Source of the DNA: Zancudomyces culisetae HAW-14-8
Taxonomy: Eukaryota; Fungi; Kickxellomycota
Direction: 5' to 3'
Assembly (NCBI GenBank): GCA_052426225.1
Contig: JBNJNM010000003.1
Location: forward strand, 1-15,185
DNA length: 15,185 bases
Each line of letters starts with the position of its first letter. Position 1 is the stretch's first letter. The translations under genes and the position numbers were made by a program. Positions 9,859 to 15,185 of this stretch are shown piece by piece. A model generated the notes under the pieces. It did no database searches, was not told where the DNA came from, and saw only the letters and a list, made by a program, of their open reading frames with translations.

Positions 9859-10161
9859 TTATTATGCTTCATTGGCCAGATACAATTATGTGTTACCAAA
9901 TCTTTATTTAATTTCGAAATCTTTCCTAGATACTAAATACTTTAACCCCAAAAAATTTTTCAAATGTTCCAAAGTGTTCGAAATTTCGTAATCTGAAATT
10001 GAAAACTCAAGAATATTCTAGAGAGTTCGAATTCAGTACTAAAATTTCTTTGAAAATGTAGGGGTTAAAAGTATGAAAAAATTTTCTTAAAACAAAAACA
10101 AAATGAAAATAAAAGTATATAAACCGTTTGTTTTTCCAGTTTTCTTGAGTTCCTTACCATC
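9859..10161 (+). repeat. Left ITR (shared core 9875-10161 plus 16-nt left-specific extension 9859-9874)
   Basis: 9875-10161 is the reverse complement of 14026-14314 except for one substitution (G9974 vs T14213) and a 2-bp TG/CA indel near the outer end. Confidence 0.97.
10116..10123 (+). promoter_or_regulatory. TATA box in the left ITR (sense promoter candidate)
   Basis: TATATAAA 110 nt upstream of the gag ATG, followed by a pyrimidine-rich stretch. Confidence 0.5.
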
Positions 10162-10225
10162 TTTTCTTTCGCTAGGTACACAACCAGCATTTATATACAT
10201 ATAATAAATATAAATAAAGTCAATC

Positions 10226-11062
10226 ATGAATAATGCAAACATTTCGCAAGAAATGCTTCAGGAAATCCTCAACAGACTTACTGTTCTGGAGGAATCAGGT
10301 TCACAGCAACAGGCAGCATCAGTCCCAGAGTCAGTGGATATGGATCCGCCAGTTTCTCATATCACAGAAAGGCCACAGCCCGCCGACATGGAGCTTTACA
10401 AAGAGCTCCAAGAAGCTCTTCCAACCGTTACGGAAGACTTCTTCAAGTCCCCTCTGTCCGACATCAATCGGAAGAAGTTTTTTGCCGCCGTCCCCAGAAA
10501 CTCCGCCATGGACTATGACCCTCCCGCGGTCAATGTCAAGTTGTCCAGCTCTGCCAAACGCACCGACGCCGCCATGTATGATGCGCAGTACAGGTTATCG
10601 GCAATCACCAGGCCGATTGACTTCTTTGTGCATGAGTGCATTCAGGGTGGCAGCCAAGTGCCAGTCTCCAAGGTTATTGAGTTTGCCAACTCAATCAGGA
10701 TTCTCTTGGCTGATGCGGCAACGCACCTCAGCCAGTGCAGAATCAATCAGGCATACAGAGATGCGGGTGTTGAAACCGACACGCCGCAACTCTATCCAGA
10801 AACCAAGAAGTCCCTTGTCGACACAAGCCAGATTGTCGAAGCAAAGGCCAGCCAGCAAGCGGCCCAGAGGGCACTCAAGAGCTACCAGCCACGCAGGCCC
10901 AGATACACCGGTCAGAGAGCATTTCCAAGCCTCATGGGAATGCAGCAAGGCCAGCAACCACAGATCCAAGAACCACAGCAGGTCCAGGAGCAGAGGCAGC
11001 CCCGTTTCAATGCTCCTAAGAATAATTTTCGGGGTGGCAGCAGCATCAGACCCCGAAAGTAG
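10226..11062 (+). CDS. gag: DIRS ORF1, Gag-like protein, 278 aa
   Basis: First ORF after the left ITR, with an N-terminal coiled-coil-like LQEILNRLTVLE, a helical core and a basic/Gln-rich C-terminal tail. The position is typical of DIRS ORF1. Confidence 0.9.
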   Translation: MNNANISQEMLQEILNRLTVLEESGSQQQAASVPESVDMDPPVSHITERPQPADMELYKELQEALPTVTEDFFKSPLSDINRKKFFAAVPRNSAMDYDPPAVNVKLSSSAKRTDAAMYDAQYRLSAITRPIDFFVHECIQGGSQVPVSKVIEFANSIRILLADAATHLSQCRINQAYRDAGVETDTPQLYPETKKSLVDTSQIVEAKASQQAAQRALKSYQPRRPRYTGQRAFPSLMGMQQGQQPQIQEPQQVQEQRQPRFNAPKNNFRGGSSIRPRK

Positions 11063-13904
11063 GGGGCAGACTGAAGCTCTTCCAGGAGGCATGGAAGAAG
11101 CTTACCGATCACCAGTGGGTACTCCAGGTGATCAAGGAAGGGTTTCGTATCCCCTTCAATGCGCATCCTCCCACGGTCAAGCAGCCAAAGCCGTGCGTGA
11201 AGGACTTAAAGAAACTTCCGGAAAAGGTCGTCGAGCAGGAGATTACAAGTCTCCTCTCCAAAAAAGCTATAGAGGAAGTTTCAGCAGCGCAGCCAGGATT
11301 CTTCTCAAGGACATTCACCGTCCCAAAGAAGAATGGAGGAACACGGATGGTCCTCAACCTGAGACCTTTAAACCAGTACATCCCCGAGCAGCATTTCAAG
11401 ATGGAATCACTCAACACCATCTCACGAATGTTGCGAAAGGGCGACTGGATGACAAGCATCGATCTCAGCGATGCTTTCTTGCACGTGCTCATCAACAAGG
11501 CGTCAAGAAAATATCTCAGGTTCACGTGGGGCCATCGCATCTACCAGTACAGGGTACTGCCATTTGGTCTGTCCTTAAGCCCGCTAGTATTCACCAAAAT
11601 ACTAAAGCCAGTTCTCAAGTGGGCCAGAGCTCGAGGGATCCGAATCTCGAGCTACTTGGACGATTTGCTGGTCTTGGGATCAACCAAAAGCGAGTGTACC
11701 AAGTACACTGCGATGGTTGCAAACAAGCTAGCCAAGCTAGGGTTCATTATAAACAACGAGAAGTCGTCAATGAACCCCAAGCAGTCAATCAGCCATTTGG
11801 GTATGGACATCAACACCCGCCAAATGAGCTTCAGGATTCCCAAGCAGAAACTCAGGGATCTCACGCGAGAGGCATCCAAACTGATCAGGAATGGGAAGAC
11901 GACGCTGAGATGCTTAGCATCTTTCATTGGCAAGACACAGGCAGTGAACATCGCTCTCCGTCCAGGCAGACTCATGAGCAGGAGGCTTTTGGAGCTCAAG
12001 AATGCCACCCTGCGGACCACGCGGGATTGGAGCACAGAAGTATCTTTGGATCAGCCAGCTCTAGACAACCTGATCTGGTGGAGAGATCATCTGAAGGAAT
12101 GGAACGGCCTGAGCTTCCTCCCAGAGATTCCGGAAGTGGAAGTCTACACAGACGCGAGCGACTTCCATTGGGGGATAGTTATTGGTCAGAGCCAGTACTC
12201 AGGAATATGGACCAAAGCACAGTCCAAGCTCCCGATCAACGCCAAGGAGCTACTAGCCATATACAAGGCTATCAAGATGCCCCAGGTAAAGGGCAGGAGT
12301 GTGGTTGTATACTGCGACAACAACACCTCCATCAGCTATGTCAAGAAACAGGGAGGGACCAGATCACCCAACCTGCTAGACATATCGGAACTGATGTGGA
12401 AACACTGCATCAGCAACGGGACCAGGGTACAGATCCAGTACGTACCATCCATTGTGAATCCGGCAGACGCCCCATCCCGGCTTACTTTGCAGACCGAATG
12501 GTCGATATCGGAAAGAGTGTTTCAAAGGATTCAAAAATACTTTGGTCCTCACGATATCGACATGTTTGCGAGCAGCACCAATCACAAACTGAACACATTT
12601 GTGAGTTGGAAATACTGCCCCCAAGCAGTCAGGATCAACGCCTTCAACCACAGTTGGACAGTGTGGAAGAATCCATACATGTGTCCACCGTGGAATCTGA
12701 TCCAGCGTACCATCCAGAAGATCCGTCACGAGAGAATCACGGCGACTCTGATCACGCCGTTCTGGAGATCAGCCCCGTGGTATCCGGACCTGAAGAGCCT
12801 GTCAATTGCACCGCCAATCAAGATTCATCCGTCAGCAGTTATCCCAGACCCGAGAAGCGGAAAAGCAGCGACAATGCGCAACAAGACATGGTCACTTACG
12901 GCTTGGCGGTTAAGCGCGCAAGGTATCAGGAAGCAGGATTAGATGACCAGGTCATCAATTTGATGCTCGACAACACTCGAGTTAAGACGAGGCAGAAGAA
13001 ATATCTGAGCCCGAAGACCAAGTTCCTACAGTGGCTTTCTACATCTTCAATCTCCATAGAAAACGTAACAGTCGTTGACGTTATCAACTATCTGGAGCAG
13101 CAGCGGAAGGCGCTAAACTGGAGACTCGGAACAGTCAAGAACTACAAGTCCGCCATTCTTGACATAACCAGTGATTGGGCTTCTTTCAGTGACGATCCAC
13201 TAATGAAAGAGTATCTCAAACAACTATCTTCATCAAACGTCAGATCCTTTGACAATCCGCTTTACGACATCGGTCCAATCATTGACCACATCAGGAAACT
13301 TGGGCCTAACTCCAGAATGTCAAAGTATGACTTGACAGCAAAACTATGCTGGCTCATAGCCATCTGTGGCTTTCTCAGGCCAAGCGACATTGAGAGGATT
13401 GACGACAGCAAGACGTCAGTGACAAGAGAATACATCAAGTTTATTATTGTTGGACCAAAGGAGAAACGCAATGGAACTCCAATTGAAAAAGTTTCTATAA
13501 TCCATGCACACTCTGACAAAAAATTATGTCCGGTTGAAACTTATCAGGTTTACAAAAAGCGGATTGCGGTTACACCTTGCGTAAAACCACATCCTTTGCT
13601 CGACGGAAACTCAATATCCTATCTCATCAGGAGTCTCAAGGACCACAGTACTAACATTGGAGCACAGCGTATCAGCAAGCACATTAACAAACTTATGTCG
13701 CTTATACCATTACCGCCAAACGCTAAAGTACCAAAAGCAAGAGCACTTGGATCAACTCGTGCTACTTCATCAGGTGCAACATATGATGATGTTATTACCC
13801 AAGGATTTTGGGCAAGCAGAGGAATATTTGATACATACTATCAGTTATCACGTAGAACAAGAGAAAATTTGACTCTACACGTATTAAACTCTGAAGCAAC
13901 ATAA
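10233..13904 (+). CDS. Tyrosine recombinase ORF; recognisable YR part from Met 12888 (338 aa) with an ~885-aa overprinted N-terminal extension
   Basis: FLRPSD (Arg at 13377), KEKR, LCPV, PKAR (13731-13742), GFW and FDTYY (13836-13841) occur in YR order. There is no stop between 10233 and 13902. Confidence in the YR domain is high and confidence in the start at 10233 is moderate. Confidence 0.88.
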   Translation: MQTFRKKCFRKSSTDLLFWRNQVHSNRQHQSQSQWIWIRQFLISQKGHSPPTWSFTKSSKKLFQPLRKTSSSPLCPTSIGRSFLPPSPETPPWTMTLPRSMSSCPALPNAPTPPCMMRSTGYRQSPGRLTSLCMSAFRVAAKCQSPRLLSLPTQSGFSWLMRQRTSASAESIRHTEMRVLKPTRRNSIQKPRSPLSTQARLSKQRPASKRPRGHSRATSHAGPDTPVREHFQASWECSKASNHRSKNHSRSRSRGSPVSMLLRIIFGVAAASDPESRGQTEALPGGMEEAYRSPVGTPGDQGRVSYPLQCASSHGQAAKAVREGLKETSGKGRRAGDYKSPLQKSYRGSFSSAARILLKDIHRPKEEWRNTDGPQPETFKPVHPRAAFQDGITQHHLTNVAKGRLDDKHRSQRCFLARAHQQGVKKISQVHVGPSHLPVQGTAIWSVLKPASIHQNTKASSQVGQSSRDPNLELLGRFAGLGINQKRVYQVHCDGCKQASQARVHYKQREVVNEPQAVNQPFGYGHQHPPNELQDSQAETQGSHARGIQTDQEWEDDAEMLSIFHWQDTGSEHRSPSRQTHEQEAFGAQECHPADHAGLEHRSIFGSASSRQPDLVERSSEGMERPELPPRDSGSGSLHRRERLPLGDSYWSEPVLRNMDQSTVQAPDQRQGATSHIQGYQDAPGKGQECGCILRQQHLHQLCQETGRDQITQPARHIGTDVETLHQQRDQGTDPVRTIHCESGRRPIPAYFADRMVDIGKSVSKDSKILWSSRYRHVCEQHQSQTEHICELEILPPSSQDQRLQPQLDSVEESIHVSTVESDPAYHPEDPSRENHGDSDHAVLEISPVVSGPEEPVNCTANQDSSVSSYPRPEKRKSSDNAQQDMVTYGLAVKRARYQEAGLDDQVINLMLDNTRVKTRQKKYLSPKTKFLQWLSTSSISIENVTVVDVINYLEQQRKALNWRLGTVKNYKSAILDITSDWASFSDDPLMKEYLKQLSSSNVRSFDNPLYDIGPIIDHIRKLGPNSRMSKYDLTAKLCWLIAICGFLRPSDIERIDDSKTSVTREYIKFIIVGPKEKRNGTPIEKVSIIHAHSDKKLCPVETYQVYKKRIAVTPCVKPHPLLDGNSISYLIRSLKDHSTNIGAQRISKHINKLMSLIPLPPNAKVPKARALGSTRATSSGATYDDVITQGFWASRGIFDTYYQLSRRTRENLTLHVLNSEAT
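11026..12942 (+). CDS. pol: DIRS pol: reverse transcriptase, RNase H and Dam-like N6-adenine methyltransferase domain
   Basis: The frame is open from 11026 (after TAA 11023-11025) and includes the DIRS-typical VGGRL..F...W from 11059. RT motifs are FTVPKKNGG.R, IDLSDAF, LPFGL and YLDD (11653-11664). RNase H motifs are TDAS, INAKEL, CDN and NPADAPSR. MT motifs are DIDMFAS and CPPW (12682-12693). The true start is unknown. Confidence 0.95.
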   Translation, partial: FSGWQQHQTPKVGGRLKLFQEAWKKLTDHQWVLQVIKEGFRIPFNAHPPTVKQPKPCVKDLKKLPEKVVEQEITSLLSKKAIEEVSAAQPGFFSRTFTVPKKNGGTRMVLNLRPLNQYIPEQHFKMESLNTISRMLRKGDWMTSIDLSDAFLHVLINKASRKYLRFTWGHRIYQYRVLPFGLSLSPLVFTKILKPVLKWARARGIRISSYLDDLLVLGSTKSECTKYTAMVANKLAKLGFIINNEKSSMNPKQSISHLGMDINTRQMSFRIPKQKLRDLTREASKLIRNGKTTLRCLASFIGKTQAVNIALRPGRLMSRRLLELKNATLRTTRDWSTEVSLDQPALDNLIWWRDHLKEWNGLSFLPEIPEVEVYTDASDFHWGIVIGQSQYSGIWTKAQSKLPINAKELLAIYKAIKMPQVKGRSVVVYCDNNTSISYVKKQGGTRSPNLLDISELMWKHCISNGTRVQIQYVPSIVNPADAPSRLTLQTEWSISERVFQRIQKYFGPHDIDMFASSTNHKLNTFVSWKYCPQAVRINAFNHSWTVWKNPYMCPPWNLIQRTIQKIRHERITATLITPFWRSAPWYPDLKSLSIAPPIKIHPSAVIPDPRSGKAATMRNKTWSLTAWRLSAQGIRKQD

Positions 13905-13993
13905 TTGTATCTGGCCAATGAAGCATAATAATATGTTTAGTTGAATATAATGAAAACTTATTATTATTATGCGAATGCCAGATACAATTATGT
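13899..13993 (+). repeat. Internal complementary region (ICR), the template for the circle junction
   Basis: 13899-13931 is the exact reverse complement of 9859-9891 (33 nt) and 13928-13993 is the exact reverse complement of 14298-14363 (66 nt). The halves overlap by ATAA. The YR stop codon (13902-13904) lies inside the ICR. Confidence 0.97.
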
Positions 13994-14010
13994 CCCACCC
14001 AGTCCCGCCC
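13994..14010 (-). other. Canonical G-quadruplex-forming motif GGGCGGGACTGGGTGGG
   Basis: The plus strand reads CCCACCCAGTCCCGCCC: four C3 runs with loops of 1, 3 and 1 nt, in otherwise very AT-rich sequence. Confidence 0.75.
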
Positions 14011-14025
14011 TAACCTAGCTCAACC

Positions 14026-14363
14026 GATGGTAAGGAACTCAAGAAAACTGGAAAAACAAACGGTTTATATACTTTTATTTTCATTTTGTTTTTGTTTTAA
14101 GAAAATTTTTTCATACTTTTAACCCCTACATTTTCAAAGAAATTTTAGTACTGAATTCGAACTCTCTAGAATATTCTTGAGTTTTCAATTTCAGATTACG
14201 AAATTTCGAACATTTTGGAACATTTGAAAAATTTTTTGGGGTTAAAGTATTTAGTATCTAGGAAAGATTTCGAAATTAAATAAAGATTTGGTAACACACA
14301 TAATTGTATCTGGCATTCGCATAATAATAATAAGTTTTCATTATATTCAACTAAACATATTAT
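14026..14363 (-). repeat. Right ITR (shared core 14026-14314 plus 49-nt right-specific extension 14315-14363)
   Basis: Reverse complement of the left ITR core. The extension matches the right half of the ICR. Confidence 0.97.
14064..14071 (-). promoter_or_regulatory. TATA box in the right ITR (antisense promoter candidate)
   Basis: Mirror copy of 10116-10123, pointing into the ICR/YR region. Confidence 0.4.
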
Positions 14364-15185
14364 AAGTCACTATTGTCTTATCCGTTCTTTATCGTGAATT
14401 AAAATACAGCGATATATAGTAAAGATATATTCAACTAAATATAAAAATTACCTTTAAAATTTTGACTCTGGAAAATATTCACACTGCCTAAAAATATATT
14501 ATGCGCAGAATTTTTTAAATTACATTAATATGTAGTTTATTCTTTAAAAAAACAAATAAGAATATCTATTGATTTTAAGTGAGAATTGGATTTTACGGGA
14601 TAAAGTGGTAAAGAGTTATGAGAATACAATGTTATACTATTATTTTTTTTAAAGATATATATTTTTGATTTTAGACGAGAATAGTCTTTGGAGTTTATAT
14701 GAACACAAAAGAGGTGATATCATTGATATTCTTATTCACAATTATAAAGATATTGGGAGTAGATAAATTATGAATTTTTAACTATTCATTATCAAAATCT
14801 GACTAAATAGTATACCGTTTTTGCTGTTAGGCTGATTAAAGATTCTCAAAAATAAATTTAACTAGCAATAAGTGGGCTATAATCGCTTAGTCGTTTTTAA
14901 GTTTAAGAAAATGTGAAAATTATATCTATTGGCTTCAGAAATGGGTCCCAGTAGGAAACTCAGTATGAAACACATCCCAGAAACATTAAGGACAGGAAGA
15001 GGAAAGGTAGGGATATAGAAATGTGAGGATTTTTTTTTAGAAAGACTCATTAGTAGTATCAAACACTGGTTGCTTACCCATAAAGGGGAGTGATGCCCAA
15101 TTACTATTTCTGGCTGAGTTGAACACACACAAAACCTTTGAATGAAGTCTATTGCGCGAGTATTATCATTCTAGATAGAATTAGA

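Larger units (their letters stand above)
9859..14363 (+). mobile_element. Complete DIRS1-like tyrosine-recombinase retrotransposon, 4505 bp
   Basis: Inverted terminal repeats with non-matching outer extensions, an ICR complementary to both termini, uninterrupted gag, RT-RNaseH-MT and YR ORFs, no integrase or protease, and both ends reading TTAT. Confidence 0.97.

Noticed and set aside
10691-13998. Minus-strand ORFs within the element and the short plus ORF 13657-13872
   Set aside because: Expected by-products of GC-rich dual-coding sequence, short and without motifs.
9859-14363. Alternative readings as DNA transposon, LTR element, prophage, retron or DGR
   Set aside because: The combination of ITRs, ICR and gag/RT/RH/MT/YR without a DDE enzyme or protease is diagnostic of DIRS1. 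There are no direct LTRs, msr/msd, or TR/VR pair with A-specific mismatches.
14877-15128. 83-aa minus-strand ORF
   Set aside because: GTG start and no motif. The region may be another decayed relic but cannot be assigned from this window.

Overview
AT-rich eukaryotic DNA. An early-diverging fungus such as a Harpellales/Smittium-type insect-gut fungus is an inference from gene content and composition, not something the sequence shows. The left ~9.8 kb is a gene-sparse accessory region. It holds three intronless genes for secreted proteins (a 156-aa Cys-containing protein, an S1 serine protease, a 76-aa CBM19-like Cys-rich peptide), a probable pseudogene paralog of the 156-aa protein, tandem repeats and decayed retroelement-like relics. 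Positions 9859-14363 are a complete, apparently intact 4505-bp DIRS1-like tyrosine-recombinase retrotransposon with ~288-bp inverted terminal repeats, an internal complementary region (ICR), and gag, RT/RNase H/methyltransferase and YR ORFs. The most interesting signals are in this element. The YR frame is open for 1223 codons from an AUG 7 nt after the gag AUG and overprints both gag and pol. Pol has no AUG ahead of its conserved N-terminus and sits behind two hairpins. A perfect G-quadruplex motif abuts the ICR. The termini are TTAT. The YR (PKAR) and MTase (CPPW) catalytic motifs are non-canonical.
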